Assembly (NCBI GenBank): GCA_903877885.1 | Contig: CAIRFN010000011.1 | Location: 9,281 to 73,280, forward strand | Length of the DNA stretch: 64,000 nucleotides | Direction of reading: 5' to 3' | Origin: an uncultured Candidatus Berkelbacteria bacterium | GTDB taxonomy: Bacteria > Patescibacteriota > UBA1384 > UBA12157 | In this document: in pieces, positions 1 through 9,203 of the stretch | How positions within the stretch are numbered: position 1 is the stretch's first letter | Layout of the letters: the number at the start of each line of letters is the position of its first letter | The notes under the pieces: generated by a model | Told to the model about the DNA's origin: nothing | What the model saw: the letters and a program-made list of their open reading frames with translations, nothing else | Databases searched by the model: none | Translations under genes and position numbers: made by a program

Positions 1-341
1 AACTCACGCTTAATGTTCGTCAGGTGTAATCTTGCTTGTTGCTGGGTTTGGGAAAGTATTAGCACGAACTTTTTTTGTGGTGCTCCTAGAATTGCCCAGA
101 TAGGGTACGATAAAGTCATAATTGTGCTTTTGGCGCTTCCCCTAAAGGCACAGATTACCGCATTTTTAACGGAATCTTTTTCGGTAATTTGAAACATTTC
201 TTTATGAAACTCGGCTGTCGGATATTTCACGTAATCATGCAGGTAAATATGGAAGAACCAGTAGTGGCTTTCACGGGTCAAACTCTTTCTTAAAATCGGG
301 TCGCTTAATACTTTTTCGATTGGGAAATCATTAGCTTTCAT
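1..341 (-). CDS. terL: Phage terminase large subunit, N-terminal part (runs off the window)
   Basis: Not in the ORF track. Manual translation from ATG at 341 gives MKANDFPIEKVLSDPILRKSLTRESHYWFFHIYL...AVICAFRGSAKSTIMTLSYPIWAI...FVLILSQTQQQARLHL, with a terminase-type Walker A (RGSAKST). Overlaps the stop of the upstream small-subunit gene. Confidence 0.85.
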   Translation of the reverse strand, partial: MKANDFPIEKVLSDPILRKSLTRESHYWFFHIYLHDYVKYPTAEFHKEMFQITEKDSVKNAVICAFRGSAKSTIMTLSYPIWAILGAPQKKFVLILSQTQQQARLHLTNIKRE

Positions 342-747
342 TTTGGTTCCTTTCGTTAACTTGGGCCATTAATATGGCTTGTTTAATTAATTCTTTTTCT
401 TCGGGAGTCAGCTCCCGGTCTAAATGTTTTGTGGTCACTTCAACTTTATTTCTGTAAGCGTTGTGGTGGCTACGAAGCCAGAACATAATCGCGCTCATAT
501 TTTTGTCTTTAATGGCGGAAAGTAGCTGCGATTCAGCCATGTCATTAACAAGGTTCAGACCTTGTTCGACAGCTGTTTCTACGCTATTGTTAAATTCCTC
601 ATCCTCTTTGCGCCAGCGGTAAAAACTGGCTCTGGCCACTCCTACTCGTTCGCAGGCGACTTGGATGATCGGTGTTTTCTTGAGTTGTTCAAGAATCGCC
701 GCCTGTTCTTTTCCTTTTCGCTTGGTTAGATTACTATTTGCTTCCAT
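331..747 (-). CDS. Terminase small subunit-like HTH protein
   Basis: IQVACERVGVARASFYRWRKEDEEF HTH, then DMAESQLLSAIK..NMSAIMFWL; lies directly upstream of terL. Confidence 0.75.
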   Translation of the reverse strand: MEANSNLTKRKGKEQAAILEQLKKTPIIQVACERVGVARASFYRWRKEDEEFNNSVETAVEQGLNLVNDMAESQLLSAIKDKNMSAIMFWLRSHHNAYRNKVEVTTKHLDRELTPEEKELIKQAILMAQVNERNQNES

Positions 748-2065
748 TGATTTTCCTAGCTTTTTTACCAGTTAATTTCTCCCAGCGCTTCTTAATGACT
801 TCGGCATAAACTGGAGATTTTTCCATAAGGTAGCATCGGCGGTTCATCTTGGTTGAAGCAATCAAAGTCGACCCGCTGCCCCCGAAAGGTTCCACTACTA
901 AATCTCCTCGTTTGGTTAGCACTTTGATATATGGGATTAAAATATCCAAAGGTTTCGTGCCGAAAATTATTCCTTGGCCAGAACTTTTTTCGTCAGCCGC
1001 ATTAAACTCGATAAAGTCGGTGGGACAGATCTTCTTACCCTTTTCATAGCCCTCCCAATGGGGTTTGCCGGCTGTGGCATATAAAGCAGTTTCATACTCG
1101 GTTTGAAGTAATTCATCTTCGGATTCGAGATTAAATTCCGTTTTTGGTTCGGTGGTGCCAACCATAGCGATATCGTGTTTATTGAAGAATTTGTATTTCG
1201 CCGAAAATCCCTGAACTCGGTTTGGCAAGTGCCACACTATCATGTTCCTAACTTTCCAATACTTTTCCATTTCGTTCCATATGGTTCGAATATTTTTCCA
1301 GTTTTCATAGCAGATGATGGTGAAGTTCTCTTTCTGGGTTTTGGCGATATTTGCCATCCAAAGTTCGGTGAAATTATCAGGCAAGACATCGGTTTCTAAA
1401 TACCTTCTATCTCTTTTTGCTCCGAAACCAGTTACAGCTTTGCCGTGCCGCTTGGCTTTTAGGTAATCCAAAATGTAGGGTGGGTCCGTCATGCACATAT
1501 CGGCCTTTTCATTTCCCATTAGTTTTAGAAAATCGGCTTCGATGGTTGAATCGCCGCACATCAACCGACTGCCGTCTAAGTCAAAGACATCACCCTTTTG
1601 GATTTCGATATTCTGAATATCGAGCTTTTCCAACTCTTTTTTAAGATCAAACTGTTCCGGTGTATCATCGATTTGGAAGACATCATCTAACTCTTCGGAA
1701 GAAAAACCGATATCAGCCAGAAAACCTTCATCATATTCACCTAATAAACCCCAATCAAATTCACCGATATTCTTGTTTAAGCGGATGTTTAATTCTTTTT
1801 CCTTTTCGATATCTGAGAGACTGACATAAACCGAAGGCATTTCTGTGTAGCCCAAATCTTTGCAAACTTTTAGCCGGAAATGCCCGCCAATGCAAATGTT
1901 TTTTCTTTCCGGCGCGCTGTTTAAAACCAAGGGATCGACCACCCCAAAGCGCTTGATGCTCTCGGTCAGATCGGCAATCGCTTTTTCTGACCACTTTCTT
2001 GGATTGTATGCGGCGGCGTTAATTTCTTTTACCGGCACATACTGAACGTTTAATCTTTCGTTCAT
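734..2065 (-). CDS. ParB-like N-terminal domain fused to an N6/N4 DNA methyltransferase (phage type)
   Basis: YNPRKW..LTESIKRFGVVDPLV..GGHFRL (ParB/Srx fold); TDPPY catalytic motif; EPFGGSGSTLIA SAM-binding motif. Confidence 0.9.
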   Translation of the reverse strand: MNERLNVQYVPVKEINAAAYNPRKWSEKAIADLTESIKRFGVVDPLVLNSAPERKNICIGGHFRLKVCKDLGYTEMPSVYVSLSDIEKEKELNIRLNKNIGEFDWGLLGEYDEGFLADIGFSSEELDDVFQIDDTPEQFDLKKELEKLDIQNIEIQKGDVFDLDGSRLMCGDSTIEADFLKLMGNEKADMCMTDPPYILDYLKAKRHGKAVTGFGAKRDRRYLETDVLPDNFTELWMANIAKTQKENFTIICYENWKNIRTIWNEMEKYWKVRNMIVWHLPNRVQGFSAKYKFFNKHDIAMVGTTEPKTEFNLESEDELLQTEYETALYATAGKPHWEGYEKGKKICPTDFIEFNAADEKSSGQGIIFGTKPLDILIPYIKVLTKRGDLVVEPFGGSGSTLIASTKMNRRCYLMEKSPVYAEVIKKRWEKLTGKKARKINGSK

Positions 2066-2154
2066 TTTTCCTTTCTTGAGCTCATTTTCTTTACTAAACT
2101 AAAAAACGAGCTTGTTAAGCTCATCTTCTCAAAAGAGTACTTATCTAAATTTAT

Positions 2155-2757
2155 CTAACTTTTTGCAGGCTTTCTCAGGTATAAAAGATTAACACAGACG
2201 GTTTTTGTCGTAACTTCAAGCAAATCTTTAATGCCAGTTTCTATTGCAACTTTGTCATTTATTTCGTTTGCGGGGCCATAAACCTTACGCCAACCATTTT
2301 TTCCATATATCTTTTTGCTGTCGCCCCAATCCTCAACTAGCTCATCCCATGACCAGACTTTTCTCATTGAAGCCATGTTTTTAAAAATACTTTTGCAAAG
2401 CAAATGTTGTCTGTTTGCTTTGGCTTTATCAATAACAACTTCTTTACCAGCAAATTTCAAAATAGAGCGACCTGCGTCAAAATCTGGCGAATCAAACTCG
2501 GGCTTCTGGGATTTTAATTGCTCAAGCATTAGTCTGCGAATTTCGGCTTCTTCACGGTCTTTATTGTAATCATGGCCAACCACAAATACCTCGCCGTTAA
2601 CCTCAGGAAAGCTAAGCTCTGGGAGTTTTATAGTTCTAATCTGATCACTAAAATCGGACAATACTTTTTGAGCTTGCTTTTTAGCGGTTAATATTACTTC
2701 CGGTGATAATTTTGGCCGCGTTTTCTTAATTTTATCTAAATCTGGTTCGGTTGGCAT
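2155..2757 (-). CDS. Hypothetical protein, possible C-terminal winged-helix DNA-binding domain
   Basis: 200-aa ORF; the C-terminal WSWDELVEDW...KVYGPANEINDKV pattern resembles an OmpR-like wHTH. Confidence 0.45.
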   Translation of the reverse strand: MPTEPDLDKIKKTRPKLSPEVILTAKKQAQKVLSDFSDQIRTIKLPELSFPEVNGEVFVVGHDYNKDREEAEIRRLMLEQLKSQKPEFDSPDFDAGRSILKFAGKEVVIDKAKANRQHLLCKSIFKNMASMRKVWSWDELVEDWGDSKKIYGKNGWRKVYGPANEINDKVAIETGIKDLLEVTTKTVCVNLLYLRKPAKS

Positions 2758-2781
2758 TATACTCCTTAAACTACAACCAAA

Positions 2782-3795
2782 TTATACCATATCTGCTTCG
2801 ATTATATCGAGTAGATTATCAAGTTCAGATAGCTTGATGACTTGAACATTGTATTCCTTATCAAGTTTCAATTTGCCAACTATTCGATTTCTCATAGCTC
2901 CGTCCGTGACTATATAGTGGCAATATGGCATGATCGCCGAGATTTGATGAACATCCATAATATCCGACGATCTAATTTTTTCTTGGCCTGTTGTTAAATC
3001 GCTCACCAACTTGCAGCTAATATCTACCGAAGGAATTACCTTAAAATCTTCTGAATTATAAAATTTTAGCAATCCATTTAAGCCCTCGGGTGTTCCATTA
3101 TAATGTTTCCATAGAGTAATAGGTCTGCCGACAATATCCATGGATTTAATCATGTCCTCAAACGATACAGGCATTTTTTTTATTTGTTTTTCCAAGAGCG
3201 AAGAGAAATCAGAAGCAACCGCCGATCCATAACCTGTGTATTCCATATTTAGCGCGACTGAAAAATTTATTTTATTTTTAATTCTCTCAATTCTAAGATT
3301 CTCCCATATACGAGCAATTTCTTTATGTGAGCCATCGATTTCTATTAATTCCTGTTCTGAAGTGCTATGGTGCACAGTAACGATAAAGGGGCTTTTGTCT
3401 TGGAGATCTTTGATTGGATCACGGTAAAAAATACCTTCCCATGGCAGATCAACAGAATTTTCTTTATCAATATGCGCTTTCATAATTAAAGATAATTGCG
3501 AATCTCCAATAGCATTATAAGTTAATACGCGTATACCTTTAGACATTCTGGTCTGCAGGTGCCGAATTTCTTCGATTAAGCGCCTTCCTTGTTCATATTC
3601 AATATCTTGATCCGCTTCTGGACAGAGAATTTTGCAATCATCAGTTAATTTTGAAATTCGAGTGACCAGTTCCTCATACTTTTTCTTATCTTCAGCTTTA
3701 GCGGATTTATCATTAAGAGCCCTCGCCATAGCGATAATTGCGTGCGTATCCAGCCAAACAAGCTTAAAGGGTGGTTTTTGAATGTTTGTTTTCAT
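2782..3795 (-). CDS. PIN-domain-like protein
   Basis: N-terminal VWLDTHAII and C-terminal SDIMDVHQISAIMPYCHYIVTD acidic motifs match PIN-fold spacing. Confidence 0.55.
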   Translation of the reverse strand: MKTNIQKPPFKLVWLDTHAIIAMARALNDKSAKAEDKKKYEELVTRISKLTDDCKILCPEADQDIEYEQGRRLIEEIRHLQTRMSKGIRVLTYNAIGDSQLSLIMKAHIDKENSVDLPWEGIFYRDPIKDLQDKSPFIVTVHHSTSEQELIEIDGSHKEIARIWENLRIERIKNKINFSVALNMEYTGYGSAVASDFSSLLEKQIKKMPVSFEDMIKSMDIVGRPITLWKHYNGTPEGLNGLLKFYNSEDFKVIPSVDISCKLVSDLTTGQEKIRSSDIMDVHQISAIMPYCHYIVTDGAMRNRIVGKLKLDKEYNVQVIKLSELDNLLDIIEADMV

Positions 3796-3859
3796 ATATT
3801 TTGTGCTTTTCCTAAGTTTTATGTTAGTTTAAAGACAGGGCAACAACTTTCAATGGGCG

Positions 3860-4072
3860 CTAACTCCCGTTGATCAAGTCATTAAGCGATTTTAGCTGTT
3901 TAGATTCCAATAAGGTATCTAAATGCATATCACTCCTGACTCCGAGGTCTATACCATATTCTGCCTCGACGGTAGAAATATGAGTATCGCCTCGTTTTTC
4001 GCGTAGCGGTCCGGTCTCATTACGAGAGCGGATGCCACGCATTCCAGGTGCGTCCTTCATCGGATTGCTCAT
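3860..4072 (-). CDS. Small hypothetical protein
   Basis: 70 aa with RBS AAGGAG upstream and a TTGACA-N17-TACATT promoter-like sequence ending at 4219 on the minus strand. Confidence 0.7.
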   Translation of the reverse strand: MSNPMKDAPGMRGIRSRNETGPLREKRGDTHISTVEAEYGIDLGVRSDMHLDTLLESKQLKSLNDLINGS

Positions 4073-4274
4073 AGCATTACTCCTTCTTAATTTAGAAGGC
4101 TCGACATCCTTCTGACCGTTTTACGGCCCTGCCGTATAGCCGTTATTTAGCCATTCAGAATTGAAAGAAGCGCCCTGTCTTATAATATTAAATGTAAAGT
4201 TTGATTTACTTAGTGTCAATGTGGAAACAGTGGATAACCTGTGGATAAGTTCGCTTTGTGTTCGGTTTATACCT

Positions 4275-4377
4275 AAAAATGAGACACAAGTCCTAAAACG
4301 GCCGTAGACTGTCTCATTTGTCTCATTTTCAGGTCAGAAATAGAAAAAATGAGACACAGACCGTCAAAACTGTCTCA
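4275..4377. repeat. Cluster of five TGAGACA/TGTCTCA motifs, direct and inverted
   Basis: AAAAATGAGACACA at 4275 and 4345; TGTCTCA at 4310, 4319 and 4371. Confidence 0.8.
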
Positions 4378-4436
4378 AATCTTGCCATTCAACCTGAAAT
4401 CCGCTACAATTGGAGAAGATACTGAAAGGGGCAAAA

Positions 4437-4461
4437 GGTTCTAGACCGACGTGTCCCGCCA
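4437..4461 (+). other. Putative att junction (degenerate tRNA 3' end)
   Basis: GGTTCtagaccgacgtGTCCCGCCA: GGTTC to CCA spans 25 nt, matching tRNA positions 52-76. Confidence 0.6.
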
Positions 4462-4480
4462 TTAAAATAGGGAGGTGGAA

Positions 4481-5221
4481 ATGTCTGTTGAAATGTTGAA
4501 TAATCCAGAAGCAGAATTAAATGAAAATGAAATAAAAGAGAGAGAAAAAAAGATTGCTGATTTGTTTGAGCAAGGTTTGGACTCGCCAGATATAATGGCT
4601 TATCATGGAACTTCTCTCGAAGCAATCAATGAACTAATTAAAACCGGCTATTTACCTACTGGTAAGATTGAAGGCGGAATCGACTATTTATATTTTTTTA
4701 GATTAGATAAACCGGTTCCAGAATCTTGGTTAGATGGTGAAACTGAAAAAGAGCATATTCAAAGACGAATAGAAATGTATGCGAGAGATCTAGCTTTTGA
4801 AGCTTCGCTTTGTCGAACTCTTGGTTTAGATTTTTCTAAGGATAAACAATTTTTAGATGCCATGGGTAGTGTCGCTTTTCAACATCAAATTAGAGTTGAA
4901 ATTGGTCGTGATGAACTAAAAGAGGAACATTTGCGTAATTCTTCTCATTTTGATGCAATAATTGAATATCTTAATCGATTTGGTTTTCCAGCCATCAAGG
5001 CTGCCTTTGACGAATCATTTGGAAGAGAAGGCGTTATCATCGGTATAAATTCAGAAATATTAAAAAATGATCCGCAATCAGCTTATGACGAACTGGATGA
5101 TGAGGGTTGGAGAGCTAATTTGCCAAAAGGCTTGCCACTTGAATATATCAGTGGAATAGAACCAATTGGTCAACCAGAATATGGATATTTTGAAGCACTA
5201 CAGGAAAAACACGCAAAATAA
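4481..5221 (+). CDS. Hypothetical protein with an ADP-ribosyltransferase-like YHGTS motif
   Basis: MAYHGTSLEAINELIKTGYL; RBS GGAGG before the ATG at 4481. Confidence 0.45.
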   Translation: MSVEMLNNPEAELNENEIKEREKKIADLFEQGLDSPDIMAYHGTSLEAINELIKTGYLPTGKIEGGIDYLYFFRLDKPVPESWLDGETEKEHIQRRIEMYARDLAFEASLCRTLGLDFSKDKQFLDAMGSVAFQHQIRVEIGRDELKEEHLRNSSHFDAIIEYLNRFGFPAIKAAFDESFGREGVIIGINSEILKNDPQSAYDELDDEGWRANLPKGLPLEYISGIEPIGQPEYGYFEALQEKHAK

Positions 5222-5258
5222 TTTTTGATTTTAAAATTTGATAAATCAAGAGGGGAAA

Positions 5259-5765
5259 ATGGTCGAAGAATTAGCAATTAACGAACTCATCGAAGAAAAA
5301 ATTTATATGATTCGAGGCCAAAAAGTGATGCTCGATCGTGATTTGGCTATGCTTTATGAAGTTGGAACAAAGGTTCTAAATCAGCAAGTTAAAAGAAATA
5401 AGATAAGATTTCCTGAAGATTTTATGTTTAGGTTAACAAGAGAAGAATTTAAATTTTTGAAGTCACAATTTGTGACCTCAAACTGGAAGGTTCATGATGT
5501 CTCTCTTCCATATGTTTTTACCGAACAAGGCGTGGCAATGTTGTCATCAGTTTTAAACAGTGACAGAGCCATTCAAGTAAATATTGAAATAATGAGAACC
5601 TTTATCAAGATTAGAAATATTTTATCCGAACACAAAGATTTATTAAAAAGGCTTGATAGTATGGAGAGAAATTACGATCGTCAGTTTAGAATCGTTTTCC
5701 AGATAATCAGAGAACTCAATTCTCCTGAAGAAAAAAATCGTAAACAAATCGGCTTTAAACCATAA
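5259..5765 (+). CDS. ORF6N-domain DNA-binding protein
   Basis: IYMIRGQKVMLDRDLAMLYEVGTKVLNQQVKRNKIRFPEDFMFRL...PYVFTEQGVAMLSSVLNSDRAIQVNIEIMRTF, ending in KQIGF. Confidence 0.92.
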   Translation: MVEELAINELIEEKIYMIRGQKVMLDRDLAMLYEVGTKVLNQQVKRNKIRFPEDFMFRLTREEFKFLKSQFVTSNWKVHDVSLPYVFTEQGVAMLSSVLNSDRAIQVNIEIMRTFIKIRNILSEHKDLLKRLDSMERNYDRQFRIVFQIIRELNSPEEKNRKQIGFKP

Positions 5766-5798
5766 AATATTTATATTAATATCGAAAAAGGAGGTTTC

Positions 5799-6053
5799 AT
5801 GGAAATCAGACGAGTTACACCAGATAAATTAGAACCATTGGTTTCGCCGATTAAAAAAATTGGGACTACCGGTGATTAAACAGACTTAACTGAAGAATCA
5901 CCAAATCAAAGCCCTGAATTACTAGAGCCAACGAATCCTTCAGAGGAAATTGAATCGAGCGATAATTTAACTGCTGATTCATATTTTCCGACCTATGGTT
6001 CTGATGGAAAAGTTTTACCTAAACCAGAATCTCGTGAAATCGGGCAAGGCTAA
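5799..6053 (+). pseudogene. Small acidic ORF interrupted by an in-frame TAA
   Basis: Strong RBS AAGGAGG, ATG at 5799, TAA at 5877-5879; the frame stays open to TAA at 6051-6053. Confidence 0.55.
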
Positions 6054-6101
6054 AAATTATCAAAATATAAATAATAGGCTAATATTAAATATTAAGGAGA
6101 T

Positions 6102-7268
6102 GTGTTGGAAAATTTTGAATTTCAGAAATATCGCGATGATTTAGCACAAAAAATTACTCAAGAGCCAGATCATACTAAAAGGCGAGAAATTTTATCTTTA
6201 GAAAAAATGACACCGGAATATCAGGAAGCCAAAAAATTGAGACGACTCGAATTCGGTTCTGAAAAAAATAAAAACGACAATGACCAACTTATATCATATG
6301 CCGAGGAGCATTACGGTGAATACAAGATTTTTACCGATGAATTAAGAGATCTTATAAATACGATTGTAGCTAATAGGAACGAATTCGAAACTGTTACTAA
6401 AGCGAATATTCCTGAAGAATTATTAAATCAAATCCTTGATTTTTGCGAAGGTATGCCGAACGAACAGATCGAAAGCCTTCTTAACCGTGCAAATTTTAAT
6501 TATGAAAATTTGTTAGCTGGTGAAGTAGACGAATATACAAAGGCTAAATTAATCACAGAAGCAGTTTTAAAAGCTAAAAGTTATGATTTGGCTGTAGAAG
6601 AAAATAGAGGAAAAGAAATTGATTTTATCGGTTTTGAAAAAGATCAAGATATCCCAGACGCTAAAGATTTCATTTATCAAACATTTAGTCGAGGGTTATT
6701 AGAGAAATGTTTAATCTCGAAAATAGATTACAACGCTGATAAAGTTAATGTGGCGCTTAACGGCACTGATTATGTTTTACCGATTGAAATCTATTCAGAT
6801 TGGCAAAAGATTATGCCTGGGGTAAAAAACCACAAATATAGAGCCGAATCAATGGTCCTATGGAATACTGATCCAAAATTTAGTAAAAAATTTATTCCTA
6901 CACCAATTCGTTTTTTTAGTTTTTATGGCGAAGAACCAAATAAACTCGATTATTTAAAAGACGTTCTTGATGAAAAGAAAATGCGCCAATATAAATTAGG
7001 AACTATCGCTCATGAGGTAGCACATCATATTTACGAATATTTAATTGATGCAGATAAAAGAAATAATTGGAAAGAAATTGTTGACAGATCTGGCTCAATT
7101 ACGAATTATGCACAGGCATATAAAAATCACAATTTTAAATATGATGAATTTTTTACTGAAGCTGTTAGATTAAAAACTACAGTTCCTGATTATTTAGAAA
7201 GAAATTTTCCAGAAATTAATCAATTTATAACTGATAATTTTCCAGAAATCCAAGCTCCAATTTTATAA
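6102..7268 (+). CDS. Zinc metallopeptidase-like protein (HExxH)
   Basis: TIAHEVAHHIY...ITNYAQAY...DEFFTEAV resembles anthrax lethal factor/PPEP-type catalytic domains. Confidence 0.6.
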   Translation: MLENFEFQKYRDDLAQKITQEPDHTKRREILSLEKMTPEYQEAKKLRRLEFGSEKNKNDNDQLISYAEEHYGEYKIFTDELRDLINTIVANRNEFETVTKANIPEELLNQILDFCEGMPNEQIESLLNRANFNYENLLAGEVDEYTKAKLITEAVLKAKSYDLAVEENRGKEIDFIGFEKDQDIPDAKDFIYQTFSRGLLEKCLISKIDYNADKVNVALNGTDYVLPIEIYSDWQKIMPGVKNHKYRAESMVLWNTDPKFSKKFIPTPIRFFSFYGEEPNKLDYLKDVLDEKKMRQYKLGTIAHEVAHHIYEYLIDADKRNNWKEIVDRSGSITNYAQAYKNHNFKYDEFFTEAVRLKTTVPDYLERNFPEINQFITDNFPEIQAPIL

Positions 7269-7350
7269 AAATATTTAGTTAAAATCATAGCTAAACCTTG
7301 ACGTTTAGTCTTTTTTGGCGTAGAATCGATATTACAAAGGGGGAATGCAC

Positions 7351-7914
7351 ATGTCAAAACATAGTGGTCACGGCCGACGCCGTGGTTGGAAGCCGCCATC
7401 ATCGTCAACTCAAAAACCTGTGGAGAAAAATCAGGAGAGCCATATTCAACCACAAAAACTTGTGGAACCTGAAAAACCGGTTGAACAACAATTCACTATC
7501 CATGCCACTCAGGTTACCGAGAAACCGCATAAAATTCCATTTTGGTGTCAAATCGGCATCCATAAACGAGAAAATGGGGTTGCTTGTATCCATTGCGGTC
7601 ATATTAAACAGCATATGCATTTATTTGTGACTTATAGGCATCGCTGCGATTTATGCGGAGCTATTACAGACCATGAACATGAATTTCCCAAAGGTTCCGT
7701 CCGAATTATCAGAGGAAATTGCCGTTGTCAGTTATGCGGCAAAAATCATGAATATGAGCATAAGAAGCATGAATCAGTTGGCATTGAAGAAACTGGTTAT
7801 GGTAAGTTCGAGCATTTTATCGACTTTTACCAATGTCTTCACTGTGGCAATATCAAACATGTCACTTCTATGGCTAAGTTTGCCAGTGAAACCAAAAAAA
7901 CTTTTGATCCTTAA
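7351..7914 (+). CDS. His/Cys-rich protein with repeated CxxCG zinc ribbons
   Basis: CIHCGH, CDLCGA, CQLCGK and CLHCGN, each with nearby His residues. Confidence 0.55.
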   Translation: MSKHSGHGRRRGWKPPSSSTQKPVEKNQESHIQPQKLVEPEKPVEQQFTIHATQVTEKPHKIPFWCQIGIHKRENGVACIHCGHIKQHMHLFVTYRHRCDLCGAITDHEHEFPKGSVRIIRGNCRCQLCGKNHEYEHKKHESVGIEETGYGKFEHFIDFYQCLHCGNIKHVTSMAKFASETKKTFDP

Positions 7915-7987
7915 TCTAATTCACATTAACCAATTTCGTCACTTTTATTAGTGGCGTTTTTTTAATCTTTTTGATAGAATAAAAGTA

Positions 7988-8260
7988 ATGATTATATTAA
8001 TTTTAATTTTGTCGGGATTTTTAGGTTTCGCACTCGGACGTCTAGGGCATATTTACGGTGGCCAAATTAACGGTCCGCATCATTGGATTTATGGTTTGAT
8101 TTTAATAATTATCGGAGTGATTTTATATAAAACTGATTTAGGCAAAATGTTAATGGCTTTTGGTCTCGGTGTTTTTGTGAGCGACTTCAAAGATTTTTTG
8201 GCTTTTAGAATTTATGGTGTTGATGATGTGGTAATTAAAAAATTTTGGCAAATAGATTAA
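7988..8260 (+). CDS. Small membrane protein
   Basis: Three hydrophobic segments and a GPHHWIYG motif. Confidence 0.65.
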   Translation: MIILILILSGFLGFALGRLGHIYGGQINGPHHWIYGLILIIIGVILYKTDLGKMLMAFGLGVFVSDFKDFLAFRIYGVDDVVIKKFWQID

Positions 8261-8294
8261 ACCTATAAAAATACAAAAAGAAAAAAGGAGAACT

Positions 8295-8672
8295 ATGACT
8301 CAAAAAAATCAAATTTACAAATGCAGTGTCTGCGGTAACATTGTGGAAATTTTGCACGTTGGTGCGAGTTCTTTGGTTTGTTGTGGTAAACCAATGGAAT
8401 TACAGGAACCAAATTCGTCTGATGGCAATCCAAAAACACACATTCCGGTGATTGAAGTAACTGCGACTGGCGTCAAGATTAAAGTTGGTAGCGAGCCACA
8501 TCCAATGGAAGAAGATCATCATATTGAATGGGTTGAAATTATGGTTGGCGAATATGTTGATCGAAAATACTTAAAACCTGGCGACGCGCCAGAAGCGGAA
8601 TTTAATATTACGGGCGACGGCTTAATCGCCAGAGCCTATTGCAATATTCACGGTCTTTGGAAAAGTGAGTAA
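8295..8672 (+). CDS. dfx: Desulfoferrodoxin (superoxide reductase)
   Basis: YKCSVCGNIVE..LVCCGKPM, THIPVIE, PHPMEEDHHIEW, AYCNIHGLW. Confidence 0.95.
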   Translation: MTQKNQIYKCSVCGNIVEILHVGASSLVCCGKPMELQEPNSSDGNPKTHIPVIEVTATGVKIKVGSEPHPMEEDHHIEWVEIMVGEYVDRKYLKPGDAPEAEFNITGDGLIARAYCNIHGLWKSE

Positions 8673-8690
8673 TTAAATAGTGAGGGAAAA

Positions 8691-9170
8691 ATGAAATTAA
8701 ACAACATTGCTAAATTCATTATCGCGTTTGGAGTGACTTTTGCCGCTGCCGCGGCTGGTTCATTGGCGACATTTAGCCAAATTCCGACTTGGTATGTAAA
8801 TCTAAATAAAACTAGTTTAACGCCGCCAAATTGGGTTTTTGGGCCGGTTTGGACGACACTTTATATTTTAATGGCTATTGCTATGTACTTAGTTTGGACC
8901 GCGAAAACTAAAAAACCGGAAGCCAAACAAGGTTCGATTTTATTTGTCGAACAATTATTTTTCAATGCCGCTTGGAGTATTGTATTCTTTGGCTTTCATC
9001 AAATTCTATTTGCTTTTGTGATTATCATTGTTCTGTGGCTGACAATTCTAGCTAATATTATTTGGTTTTTTAAAGTTTCTAAATCCGCCGGTTATCTAAT
9101 GCTACCTTACATTGCTTGGGTTAGTTTTGCCTCGATTTTAAACTTTGCTGTATATTTAGCTAACAGATAG
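8691..9170 (+). CDS. tspO: TspO/MBR tryptophan-rich sensory protein
   Basis: WYVNLNK..LTPPNWVFGPVWTTLY...NAAWSIVFFG...LMLPYIAWVSFASILN. Confidence 0.95.
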   Translation: MKLNNIAKFIIAFGVTFAAAAAGSLATFSQIPTWYVNLNKTSLTPPNWVFGPVWTTLYILMAIAMYLVWTAKTKKPEAKQGSILFVEQLFFNAAWSIVFFGFHQILFAFVIIIVLWLTILANIIWFFKVSKSAGYLMLPYIAWVSFASILNFAVYLANR

Positions 9171-9203
9171 TGATAAAATTAAACTAATCACAAAGGAAGT
9201 TTT

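Larger units (their letters stand above)
1..4461. mobile_element. Right part of an integrated phage-like or satellite element
   Basis: Co-oriented terL/terS/ParB-MTase genes; tRNA-3'-like junction at 4437-4461; gene orientation flips beyond it. Confidence 0.7.

Noticed and set aside
4404-4625. 73-aa minus-strand ORF as a stand-alone gene
   Set aside because: Mostly antisense to 4481-5221 and crosses the putative att; only its last ~18 codons are of interest.
5877-5879. Stop-codon reassignment
   Set aside because: TAA terminates many clear genes here (rpoD, dnaG, pyk) and TGA also acts as a stop, so code 11 fits.
7298-7951. Alternative ORFs 7298-7630 and 7673-7951
   Set aside because: They overlap the better-supported zinc-ribbon ORF 7351-7914 in other frames.
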